Positions 22,733 to 31,433 of a stretch of DNA of 64,000 bases are shown here, piece after piece; position 1 is the first letter of the stretch; each line of letters starts with the position of its first letter. The notes below the pieces were generated by a model, which was given only the letters and a program-made list of their open reading frames with translations, did not search any database and was not told where the DNA came from. A program made the position numbers and the translations under genes. The DNA comes from a virus, in the IMG/VR virus record IMGVR_UViG_3300045988_053091; one strand, given 5' to 3'.

Positions 22733-22928
22733 TATTCGTATCGCCTTGCGCCTCTTAATATGCGTACCAAGGGTGGTCTATTGGGTTGTATGTAGGCATT
22801 GTGTATATAAGACTAGTCACGTGTGAGGCAATACTAGTTGAAGTTATACAATGTACCCCATTAATACACTATGAGAGCTACCTCACTAAAAGTTTTTGTA
22901 CATTGTATTGATATATACATACTTATAC

Positions 22929-23010
22929 GGGGAGTTATACCGTAAGTAGTAGCGGGGCTGACTGTAAATCAGTTGCGAAAGCTCGGGTGGTGCAACTCCA
23001 TCACTCCCCA
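22929..23010 (+). tRNA. tRNA-Tyr (GTA), class II, unusual T-loop TGCAACT
   Basis: Acceptor GGGGAGT/ACTCCCC, anticodon arm GCTGA-CTGTAAA-TCAGT, variable arm GC-GAAA-GC. Confidence 0.7.
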
Positions 23011-23040
23011 TTAAAATAAAATGACCGGAGGTCACATAAC

Positions 23041-23265
23041 ATGTCTAAATTTTATGGAATTATTTCAACAACTTCTACTCGTACAGAAGAGTACGAACAA
23101 AAGTTAAAAAACGGAAAGACGGTTAAGAAAACTCGTGAAATTACTGTGCCAAAAGAAGTTACAGTACAGTCTTCTCAACCAGACCGTTTAGGTGCTCGTA
23201 AAGAGCTAGAAGCTTTTGCACGTAAATGCAAAGGTACTGTTAAATATATTGGAGCTTTTAAATAA
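23041..23265 (+). CDS. hypothetical basic protein
   Basis: ORF track 74 aa; GGAGG RBS. Confidence 0.6.
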   Translation: MSKFYGIISTTSTRTEEYEQKLKNGKTVKKTREITVPKEVTVQSSQPDRLGARKELEAFARKCKGTVKYIGAFK

Positions 23266-23289
23266 GTTTCAATATATTTAAATTAATAC

Positions 23290-23318
23290 TTGACAGTTTA
23301 AATAGCTTATGCTATTAT
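23290..23318 (+). promoter_or_regulatory. promoter of the Y-RNA-like transcription unit
   Basis: TTGACA, 17-nt spacer, TGCTATTAT. Confidence 0.7.
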
Positions 23319-23334
23319 AAAGACAAGATAAAAA

Positions 23335-23515
23335 GGTTTTGACATATGTCATAGTTCCAACCTAACAGGTAGCCGGAACATAAAGAACGCCACAGCAAAC
23401 TTTTAAAACTAATACATCTGGAAAATGTGAGTTGTTGGTTCGAATCCAACTGCCACCCTTGGTGGTATAGCTTAATTGGTAAAGCTTAAAGTTAATGCGT
23501 TCTTGTTACATAAAT
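23335..23515 (+). ncRNA. Y-RNA-like RNA 1 with internal permuted tRNA-like domain (YrlA-like candidate)
   Basis: Conserved 5' module shared with RNA 2. Helix AAGAACGC (23383-23390) pairs with GCGTTCTT (23497-23504). Inner helix 23398-23406/23486-23493. T-arm GTTGG-TTCGAAT-CCAAC. 7-bp acceptor-like stem capped by CTT. D-arm GCTT-AATTGGTA-AAGC. Confidence 0.5.
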
Positions 23516-23520
23516 AAAAC

Positions 23521-23640
23521 GGTTTTAGCATAGCTATAGTTCCATCCTTAATGGGTGCCGGAACATAAAGAACCCTACAGCAATCAACTACTAATATATT
23601 AAAACTATTGAATTTAATTAAGCCTGTGGTTCTTGATATT
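23521..23640 (+). ncRNA. Y-RNA-like RNA 2 (no tRNA-like domain; YrlB-like candidate)
   Basis: The first ~60 nt are homologous to RNA 1, with compensatory changes in two hairpins. Helix AAGAACC (23568-23574) pairs with GGTTCTT (23628-23634) around an AT-rich loop. Confidence 0.4.
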
Positions 23641-23698
23641 GTAATGACAAGTTAAACGGTAGCCGCTAAACCGAATGTTTAACTGTCGGTTATTTGAA

Positions 23699-23726
23699 AC
23701 TCATTCTTAATTGAATGGGTTTTTTA
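23699..23726 (+). terminator. intrinsic terminator
   Basis: ACTCATTC/GAATGGGT stem then TTTTTTATTT. Confidence 0.7.
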
Positions 23727-23739
23727 TTTATAAAAGGCG

Positions 23740-23768
23740 TTGACTTACATAATATTACATGTTATAGT
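23740..23768 (+). promoter_or_regulatory. sigma-A-type promoter of the vWA protein gene
   Basis: TTGACT, 17-nt spacer, TGTTATAGT. Confidence 0.7.
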
Positions 23769-23809
23769 TATGTTAGACAAAACATTACCATACAAAGGAG
23801 AAATGTCAG

Positions 23810-25345
23810 ATGTCGTTTTTAGACAACCTAAAAGAAGAAACAACTGTTGGCTCTACAGAAAATGGAGCTAAAACTTATACATCAACTTTAAACGCTAACT
23901 TAGACTTCTTTGCACAAGCAGGGGCTATGCGTGGTCGTTTAGAAGATGTACGAAACATGTTTTCTAAAGCTTATGCTGAAAACCCAGAGTTAGCATTACG
24001 CAATTTGGTACACTTACGTAATATCCGTTTAGGTGGATTGGGTGAACGTTCCGCTTACCTAGAAGCAATCAAATACTTAGTGGATGGTCGTAACCAAAAC
24101 AAGCAAGTAATCGTTACTTTAATGGAGTACATGGCATATGTTGGTCGTTGGACAGACTTATTTGAAACTATGGAGTACGCACACAAACGTAGTATTCACT
24201 TTGTGGATACAGAAGGCGCACGTATCATCGGTAACCAACTAACATCTGATATTAAAAATATGTCAGAAGGTAAGCCTGTATCATTACTAGGTAAATGGTT
24301 AGCTAATGTAAGTTCTCCAAATAGCAAGAAACGTAATCAAGGTGCTCGTATTGCTAACTATTTAGGTTTTGAAGGCAAAGCAGGTCTAACTCGTTATCGT
24401 AAAATGATTGCTAAATTACGTGATTACTTAAATGTAATTGAAGTTCGGTTAGCAAGCAAGGAATACCATAAGATTGATTTGAACCAAGTATCCTCTAAAG
24501 CATTGTTCAAATACCGTAAAGCTTTGCAATTACACATGCCAGATGAATATGAAGCGCTTATGGAAAAGGTGGAGTCGGGTGAAGGAAAGCTTAATGCAAG
24601 TTTGGTATTACCTCACGAGATTACAGGAGCATACCGTAAAGCACGTGCAGGTCAGGGTGTAAATCGTTCTTTAGAAGCTACTTGGCAGTCTTTAGATGAT
24701 GTTATTAAGGATGTGGAAGATAACGCAATTGTAGTTGCTGATTCTTCTAGTTCAATGACTTGGGAACAAACGAACGGGGTTTACCCTTGGGATGTTGCAC
24801 AAGGTTTAGCATTATACACGGCTGAAAAATTAAACGGTACTTTCGCTAATCATTTCATTACATTTGCATCAGAACCTAGTTTAGTATATTTGAATCCACA
24901 GGATACTGTGTATGACCGTATGAGAGCATATAACAGTGCAAGAGTTGGCTATTCTACTAATATTCAAGCAGTGTTCCGATTGATTCTTGATACTGCGGTT
25001 AAGCATAACACACCGCAAGAAGAACTACCATCCAAGATTATTATTATCAGTGATATGGAATTTAATACTGCTTGTGAACGAGGACAAAGAACAAACTTTG
25101 AGCAAGCAAAACAGGAGTTTGCAAATCATGGCTACGAGTTACCTGCTATTATTTTCTGGAATGTACAATCTCGTCATGATAATGTACCAGTACGGTTTAA
25201 TGAAGATAATGTTGCGTTAGTTTCTGGATTTTCCACAAATATTTTATCGCAAGTACTAGGTGGGGAAGTTACTTCCCCAGAAGAAATGATGTTGTCTGTT
25301 TTAAATAAACCAGAATACGACTTTGTAAAAGAAGCACTTAAATAA
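23810..25345 (+). CDS. helical-repeat plus vWA (MIDAS) protein, DUF2828-like, with Ro60/TROVE-like architecture
   Basis: The N-terminus TENGAKTYTSTLNANLDFFAQAGAMRG..LRNLVHLRNIRLGGLGERSAYLEA resembles the DUF2828 family. The C-terminal VVADSSSSMTW..IIISDMEFN is a vWA fold with a DxSxS MIDAS motif. Confidence 0.55.
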   Translation: MSFLDNLKEETTVGSTENGAKTYTSTLNANLDFFAQAGAMRGRLEDVRNMFSKAYAENPELALRNLVHLRNIRLGGLGERSAYLEAIKYLVDGRNQNKQVIVTLMEYMAYVGRWTDLFETMEYAHKRSIHFVDTEGARIIGNQLTSDIKNMSEGKPVSLLGKWLANVSSPNSKKRNQGARIANYLGFEGKAGLTRYRKMIAKLRDYLNVIEVRLASKEYHKIDLNQVSSKALFKYRKALQLHMPDEYEALMEKVESGEGKLNASLVLPHEITGAYRKARAGQGVNRSLEATWQSLDDVIKDVEDNAIVVADSSSSMTWEQTNGVYPWDVAQGLALYTAEKLNGTFANHFITFASEPSLVYLNPQDTVYDRMRAYNSARVGYSTNIQAVFRLILDTAVKHNTPQEELPSKIIIISDMEFNTACERGQRTNFEQAKQEFANHGYELPAIIFWNVQSRHDNVPVRFNEDNVALVSGFSTNILSQVLGGEVTSPEEMMLSVLNKPEYDFVKEALK

Positions 25346-25388
25346 TCTGTTTGCCCTAGGATTTCCTAGGGCTGTAGTTACATATAGA

Positions 25389-25619
25389 ATGGAGGGGAGA
25401 ATCGTGGAAAGCAAGCCAAAACCCTTGGTGCTGAAACGTGTTCGTGAAGAAAAGCATGAATCCTTGCGTTCTGTAGCTAAAAAACTAGGTGTACACTGGT
25501 CAACTGTATCCTATTGGGAGCATGGAATCAAAAAACCCAGAGCAAATAATCAAGCTAAATTAGCTCGGATTTTTGATATGCCTGCGGACAAGCTATTAGA
25601 ACCTGATGACAAAAACTGA
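25389..25619 (+). CDS. XRE-family HTH protein
   Basis: SLRSVAKKLGVHWSTVSYWEHGIKKP; an alternative GTG start at 25404 is possible. Confidence 0.7.
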   Translation: MEGRIVESKPKPLVLKRVREEKHESLRSVAKKLGVHWSTVSYWEHGIKKPRANNQAKLARIFDMPADKLLEPDDKN

Positions 25620-25646
25620 TTGCCAAATATTTTTTGGCAATTTTTT
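25620..25646 (+). terminator. intrinsic terminator
   Basis: TTGCCAAA/TTTGGCAA stem then TTTTTT. Confidence 0.8.
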
Positions 25647-25658
25647 GTAAGATAGGTG

Positions 25659-25687
25659 TTGACTTTTATAATATGTAATGATATACT
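25659..25687 (+). promoter_or_regulatory. sigma-A-type promoter
   Basis: GTGTTGACT, 17-nt spacer, TGATATACT. Confidence 0.7.
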
Positions 25688-25712
25688 TTGAGTATAGTAA
25701 AGAAAGGGAGAG

Positions 25713-26024
25713 ATGGTCATGAGACTAACAACTACAGAAGTAAAAGAAAAAGAACTAGAGCGCAACTTTAAGGAATACAAACGTGTTCAGGAATTGCTTG
25801 ATTCTTTAAACGAGCAAAGAGATGAACTTAGAAAAGAAATTCTTGAACAAATGATTCAACTTAAGAAAACAAAAGTTGAATCTCAATACGGAACTTTCAA
25901 ACTTATTAGCGCCTATGAACGCATTGGTGTAGACCGAAATACCTTAGAAAAATGCTATCCTAATGTATTTAAAAAGGTTAAGAAGATTACTGAGGTAAGT
26001 CAAAGCATTCAATACAAAAAATAA
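25713..26024 (+). CDS. hypothetical coiled-coil protein
   Basis: ORF track 103 aa; the second ATG at 25719 is equally possible. Confidence 0.6.
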   Translation: MVMRLTTTEVKEKELERNFKEYKRVQELLDSLNEQRDELRKEILEQMIQLKKTKVESQYGTFKLISAYERIGVDRNTLEKCYPNVFKKVKKITEVSQSIQYKK

Positions 26025-26042
26025 TTAAGGGAGAGATGACAG

Positions 26043-26873
26043 GTGTCTAAAGAAAAGAAGCAAGATAAAGCAGTAAAACAGGTCTATGAAACAGCAGACC
26101 TGTCCAAATTCAAACGACTAAAAGGAAACAGACCAGTTAAAATTTCTAAGGCTTTACGGGACTCAATTGCGAAACGTGGGGTTCTTACCGAGATTAAAGT
26201 AAATCGAAAGATGGAAGTTATTGACGGACAACACCGTTTAGCTGTAGCTCGTGAACTTGGGTTACCCATTACTTATACGTTCGATGACAGTGACATTGAT
26301 GTTGGAGAATTAAACAGTACAAGTAAATCATGGAAGGTCGAAGACTACATCCATAAGTATGCTGAATCAGGGTACCAAAGTTATAAACAACTATTGAACT
26401 TGATGTCCACGTATCCGGCATTACGGGTGTCCTCTACTATTGCTACTGCGTTAGGTTATAGTAGTACAGCAGGAAGAAAAACAGATGTTGTACGTGATGG
26501 TGCGTTCCGTTTTCGTAACTATAAAGAATATGTCAAGTTTGCTCAGTCCTATCAAAAGTTTATTGATTCAACAGATTTTAGGTCAAACACACAGTTGCAG
26601 GGAGTTTATTTCTTGTTATATACGCTAGACTCATTTAATGCAGAGCGTTTCACTAAGAAAGTTATTGCACATGACCTTGCTAGTAAACTAGTAGGGGTGA
26701 CCTCCTTCCCTCGATTGTTCCGAGCATTTTTAGACGTTAACAATAATCGTTTGAAACCGAAGTCTCCTTACTGGATTTCCGTGGTAACGAACGAACTTGG
26801 GGAAGCTGTTATTTCTGGAAAGTTCAATAATAAACTTCTTGAAGCTATGCCTAAAATTAAATTAAAAGACTAA
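26043..26873 (+). CDS. ParB N-terminal domain (ParB/Srx-like) protein
   Basis: KRLKGNRPV...VLTEIKVNRKMEVIDGQHRLAVARELGLP. Confidence 0.65.
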   Translation: MSKEKKQDKAVKQVYETADLSKFKRLKGNRPVKISKALRDSIAKRGVLTEIKVNRKMEVIDGQHRLAVARELGLPITYTFDDSDIDVGELNSTSKSWKVEDYIHKYAESGYQSYKQLLNLMSTYPALRVSSTIATALGYSSTAGRKTDVVRDGAFRFRNYKEYVKFAQSYQKFIDSTDFRSNTQLQGVYFLLYTLDSFNAERFTKKVIAHDLASKLVGVTSFPRLFRAFLDVNNNRLKPKSPYWISVVTNELGEAVISGKFNNKLLEAMPKIKLKD

Positions 26874-26884
26874 GAGGTGTAACT

Positions 26885-27154
26885 GTGGCAATTAAGAATA
26901 AAATCGGAGCTTATACAACTGAGGATGGTACAGTTAAGGTGCAAATGTCAGGTAGTCGAGAAGAACTACTAGGGCTTCTAGCTGTACTGAATGCAAAGTT
27001 CTTACTTGATGCGACATCTAGTGCCGAAGAGTACCGTAGAGCTTTTGAAAGACTACAAGTTGAGACTGGTAACAAGTACTTAATGTTTAAGACAGATGAG
27101 TACAAACACAAGAAACCAGATAACGGAGAGGACTTCTTAGGGGAGCTAATCTGA
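26885..27154 (+). CDS. hypothetical protein
   Basis: ORF track 89 aa; GTG start after a GAGGTG RBS. Confidence 0.55.
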   Translation: MAIKNKIGAYTTEDGTVKVQMSGSREELLGLLAVLNAKFLLDATSSAEEYRRAFERLQVETGNKYLMFKTDEYKHKKPDNGEDFLGELI

Positions 27155-27187
27155 GAAAAAATTAATCAATTTGTAATATTTGTTGAA

Positions 27188-27225
27188 AAAGACTACAACT
27201 TAGTTTGTAGTCTTTTATTTTTTGT
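27188..27225 (+). terminator. intrinsic terminator
   Basis: 11-bp stem AAAGACTACAA/TTGTAGTCTTT then TATTTTTT. Confidence 0.85.
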
Positions 27226-27238
27226 TAACAATTACATC

Positions 27239-27267
27239 TTGTAATGTAAGTATTGTTATGCTATACT
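27239..27267 (+). promoter_or_regulatory. promoter of nrdD
   Basis: TTGTAA, 17-nt spacer, TGCTATACT. Confidence 0.6.
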
Positions 27268-27303
27268 AAATATACTAGATATTGTAAGAAAGGCGGAGTT
27301 TAA

Positions 27304-29398
27304 GTGCAAGCAACACAAGATGTAGATGTTAAGACAAAACAGATTTTTGTAGTTAAACGAGACGGAAGAACTGTCAAGTTTAATGAAGGAAGGATTGTAC
27401 GTGCCGTAGGACGAGCTGAGAAGGATGCTACGGGCGCTAAAACAGATTTAGGGGAGATTATAGCTGAACGTGTTAAACGCTTTGTAGTGAAGCATTACAG
27501 CGATACAGGACGTGTCGATATTGCAAAACTTCAAAGTATTGTAGAGCAGGAATTAATGAAGTCTTTTGCTAAAAACGTAGCTAGAAACTATATTGAGTTT
27601 CGTTCTTTACGTGATGCTGAACGTGCAGGTGATACAGACATTAATGTAAGGCTACGTAAGCTACAAGAAAAGGACAAAACTATTGTCAACGAGAATGCAA
27701 ATAAGGACTCAAATACCTTTGCAACAGAACGAGACCTTACAGCAGGTACAGTTAACAAAGTTGAGGGTCTTAAAATGCTCCCTCCCCATGTAGCTAACGC
27801 ACATTTACGTGGAGATATTCATTATCACGATTTAGACTATCAACCTTATCGTCCAATGACAAATTGTTGTTTGATTGACTTTGAATATATGTTGAAGAAT
27901 GGGTTTAAAATGGGTAACGCAGAAATAGGTTCACCTCATTCCATTCAAACAGCTACAGCACAAACAGCACAAATTATTGCGAATGTAGCTTCCAGTCAGT
28001 ATGGGGGTTGTTCATTTGACCGCATTGATGAAGTACTAGCGCCTTATGCCGAAATGAATTATCAAAAACATATGACAGATGCTAAACGTTACCGTATTCC
28101 TGAGCCAGAAACATATGCAATCGAGAAAACAAACAAAGATATTTACGATGCAATGCAAAGCCTAGAGTATGAAATCAATACGTTATTTACATCGAATGGT
28201 CAGACTCCTTTCACGTCTATTGGTTTTGGTTTAGGTACTGGACGTTGGGAAAGAGAAATCCAAAAAGCTATTTTTAAAGTACGTATCCAAGGTCTAGGAA
28301 CAGAAGGACGTACAGCAATCTTCCCTAAATTATTGTTCACTATTAAAGACGGAGTTAACCGTAAACCAGAAGACCCAAACTATGAAGTAAAACAGTTAGC
28401 GTTGGAATGTTCAGCTAAACGTATGTACCCTGATATTTTGAACTATGACAAAATTGTTGAGCTGACAGGTTCATTTAAATGTCCTATGGGTTGTCGTTCA
28501 TTCTTACAAGGATGGAAAGATGAACATGGAAACGAAGTAAACTCTGGTCGTATGAATTTAGGAGTAGTAACCCTTAACTTACCACGTATTGCTATTGAAT
28601 CAGAAGGGGATAAAGAAGTTTTCTGGGAAATTTTTGAAGAACGAGCTAAGGTATTACATGATGCTTTGGTTTATCGAATTGAACGTACTTACGAAGCCCA
28701 ACCAAAGAATGCTCCTATCTTGTACAAACATGGTGCTTTTGGAGCTAATTTAACCGATGATGACGATGTAAAACAATTGTTCATAAATAACCGTGCAACG
28801 GTTTCTATGGGCTATATTGGGCTGTATGAGGTTGCTAGCATGTTCTACGGTGGTGACTGGCAAGATAAAACAGACCCAAGACATGAAGAAGCAAAAGAGT
28901 TTGCTTTAGACGTTCTACGTAAGCTTTATGATAAAAAGGATGAATGGACAAAAGAGACAGGCATCTGGTTCTCTATCTACTCAACACCAAGTGAAAGCCT
29001 AACCGATAGATTCTGTCGTATGGACACAGAAAAATATGGAATCATCGAGAACATTACAGACAAAGAATACTATACAAATAGTTTCCACTATGATGTTCGT
29101 AAAGCTCCAACACCTTTTGAAAAGATTGACTTTGAGAAAGAGTTTCCAAAATATGCTTCTGGTGGTTTTATTCACTATGTAGAGTATCCTAAACTAGTTC
29201 ATAACCTTAAGGCGTTAGAAGCTGTTTGGGACTACAGCTATGATAAAGTTGGTTATTTAGGAACAAACACCCCGATTGATAAATGTCATGAATGTGGTTT
29301 TGACGGAGAGTTTAACCCCACATCAGATGGCTACGAATGTCCACAATGTGGGAATAATGACCCCGCAACATGCGATGTCGTTAAAAGACAGTGTGGGT
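27304..29398 (+). CDS. nrdD: anaerobic ribonucleoside-triphosphate reductase, exon 1
   Basis: ATP-cone N-terminus (VVKRDGRTVKF), class III RNR core, C-terminal Zn ribbon CHECG..CPQCG. The frame ends ..VVKRQCG just before the expected glycyl-radical tail. Confidence 0.9.
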
Positions 29399-30454
29399 TA
29401 AAAAAATAATAGCCTAAAGGCTCACACTATAATAAACCGTGTAAATTGACGGGAACTACCTTATAGCTCCAAACACCAACCTGTAGTAGTAATACATACA
29501 GGGGCTGAACTAACCACTCAGGTATGGTAAAAGAGTTGGAGATTGGTAAATCCGCAACGAAGATTCCTTATTTAAACGTAAAATCAGTTAGTTAGGTTTT
29601 ATGTTATACTAGACATATAAGGAATAACGCTCAACGACTATAATCACGGAGGCTACAAAATGACTAAACAACTTGATAAAAACATACAACAGGAAATAGC
29701 AAAAAAATATGGAACAACTACTGCACAGAATTTAGCAAACCAATATAACTGTACAGTACACCAAGTTTACGAAATAGGGCGTAGGTTTAAGAAGCAACAA
29801 CCCCACAACAAGGAAGTAAACATCAATCCAATACAGCACCAAGTATTATTAGGTGGTTGGTTAGGTGATGGTCGGTTTAAACTTAACGGAAGGCATAATG
29901 TGCAATATTCTGAGTGTCATGCTTTAGGTGAAGCGGATTACTTACGATGGAAATACCAATCGTTAGGTGAACTTACAGAAAACTCGACTATTTACGATAA
30001 GAACCAGAATGATTGCAGATTTTCGGATGCAAAAGAATTTACAACGCTAACTACCCCATCATTACTTCCGTATAAGCAGATGACAAGATTGGAAGTTATT
30101 AAGGAGTTAGACGAACTGGGTCTTATTATCCATTTACTTGACGATGGTTGGTTTGCTTATTCTAATAAGGAGCGGACTAAGGGGCGCTTCTGCATTACAA
30201 CTTACAATTGGACTGACGAAGAGCGCCAAGCTTTAATCGACCAATGGTACGCTAAAACGGGCGTAAGGTTCTATGAACATGGCATTAAAAGAGTAAACCT
30301 AGGTGCTAGCAGTCAAGAGAACGAAAAACTATTTGCTATTGTTGTACGCTATTTCCCGTTATCGTTAGATATTATCAAGAAAAAGTTCAAAGTTTTGTTG
30401 TCTAAGGTATAGTCTACTCCCCTAATAAATATCGGGAAACCGAGGGTATTAAGG
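29399..30454 (+). mobile_element. group I intron in nrdD (1056 nt) with LAGLIDADG ORF
   Basis: P1: exon GTGTGGGU pairs with GCUCACAC (29420-29427), giving U.G at the 5' splice site. The intron ends in G. Splicing gives TGT GGG T|AT TTA GGT = CGYLG. Confidence 0.8.
29660..30412 (+). CDS. LAGLIDADG homing endonuclease
   Basis: Two motifs, LLGGWLGDGRF and IIHLLDDGWF; own RBS GGAGG. Confidence 0.85.
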   Translation: MTKQLDKNIQQEIAKKYGTTTAQNLANQYNCTVHQVYEIGRRFKKQQPHNKEVNINPIQHQVLLGGWLGDGRFKLNGRHNVQYSECHALGEADYLRWKYQSLGELTENSTIYDKNQNDCRFSDAKEFTTLTTPSLLPYKQMTRLEVIKELDELGLIIHLLDDGWFAYSNKERTKGRFCITTYNWTDEERQALIDQWYAKTGVRFYEHGIKRVNLGASSQENEKLFAIVVRYFPLSLDIIKKKFKVLLSKV

Positions 30455-30531
30455 ATTTAGGTCAACCACAAGCTCGTCCTAATGCACACGGACGTAAAAA
30501 AGAAATAGATGCACGTGTGAAACATATGTAA
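30455..30531 (+). CDS. nrdD: anaerobic ribonucleotide reductase, exon 2 (glycyl radical tail)
   Basis: (Y)LGQPQARPNAHGRKKEIDARVKHM*, the conserved class III RNR C-terminus. Confidence 0.85.
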
Positions 30532-30594
30532 GGTTTATTAGAGCCTGCTAGTCAGGCTCTTAATATTGTCAAAAATAAGAAAAAGTTAGAGGAG

Positions 30595-31416
30595 ATGGTT
30601 ATGATAATTACATTAGCCGGAGTTATTGGTGTAGGTAAATCATCAATGACAGAAATATTAGCAAATCTTTTAAATACAAAAGCAGTTTATGAACCGGTAG
30701 AGGAAAATCCAATGCTTGAATTGTTCTACCAAGATAAAGCAAAGTATGGACTACTTTTCCAAATAGATATGTTGTCTAAACGCTTCGAAATGATTCAAGA
30801 AGCTATGAGTGTAGATAATGGTATTTTAGACCGTTCTATTTTTGAAGACAGTATCTTCTTAGACCAACTAGTACAAGAGGGTCATGTCACAGAAATGGAA
30901 CAGGGAGTTTATCACCGATTGCTTAATCGTATGTTAAAAGAATTAGAACCATTACCTAAAAAGACTCCCGATTTAATGATTGTATTAAATTGTTCTTTTG
31001 AAGAAGAAATCAAACGAATCAATGCACGTGCCCGTGAGTTTGAGAAAGTAGAAGAGGGTACTGAATTATATGAATACTTTAAACGCCATCATGAGAACTA
31101 TCAAAATTGGTTACAAAAAGATATGGGATTCCCTAAAATTGTTTTAGATGTAACAGATAAAGACTTTGTGAATGATAAAGGAGACCGTGTTTACTTGTTA
31201 ACAATTATTTTGAGTAAGTTGTGTGAAGTCGGGGCACTATCTACTGTAGATACGGTTAAATGTTTATGTGAGTTAAATGGCTTACCTTGGTGTAAAGACC
31301 ACGCTACACAAGTTGCATTGAAGCTATACAATAGATTAGAGGGTAAACTACCTTTCCATGAATTAAGCAAGTTTACTGACAATCAAGACTTATACACACT
31401 AGAGAAAGCTATTTAA
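30595..31416 (+). CDS. deoxynucleoside kinase with C-terminal extension
   Basis: P-loop LAGVIGVGKSS, YEPVEENP, DRSIFEDSIF motifs of the dNK family; ATG 30601 is also possible. Confidence 0.75.
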   Translation: MVMIITLAGVIGVGKSSMTEILANLLNTKAVYEPVEENPMLELFYQDKAKYGLLFQIDMLSKRFEMIQEAMSVDNGILDRSIFEDSIFLDQLVQEGHVTEMEQGVYHRLLNRMLKELEPLPKKTPDLMIVLNCSFEEEIKRINARAREFEKVEEGTELYEYFKRHHENYQNWLQKDMGFPKIVLDVTDKDFVNDKGDRVYLLTIILSKLCEVGALSTVDTVKCLCELNGLPWCKDHATQVALKLYNRLEGKLPFHELSKFTDNQDLYTLEKAI

Positions 31417-31433
31417 TGGAGGAAAAATAACAA

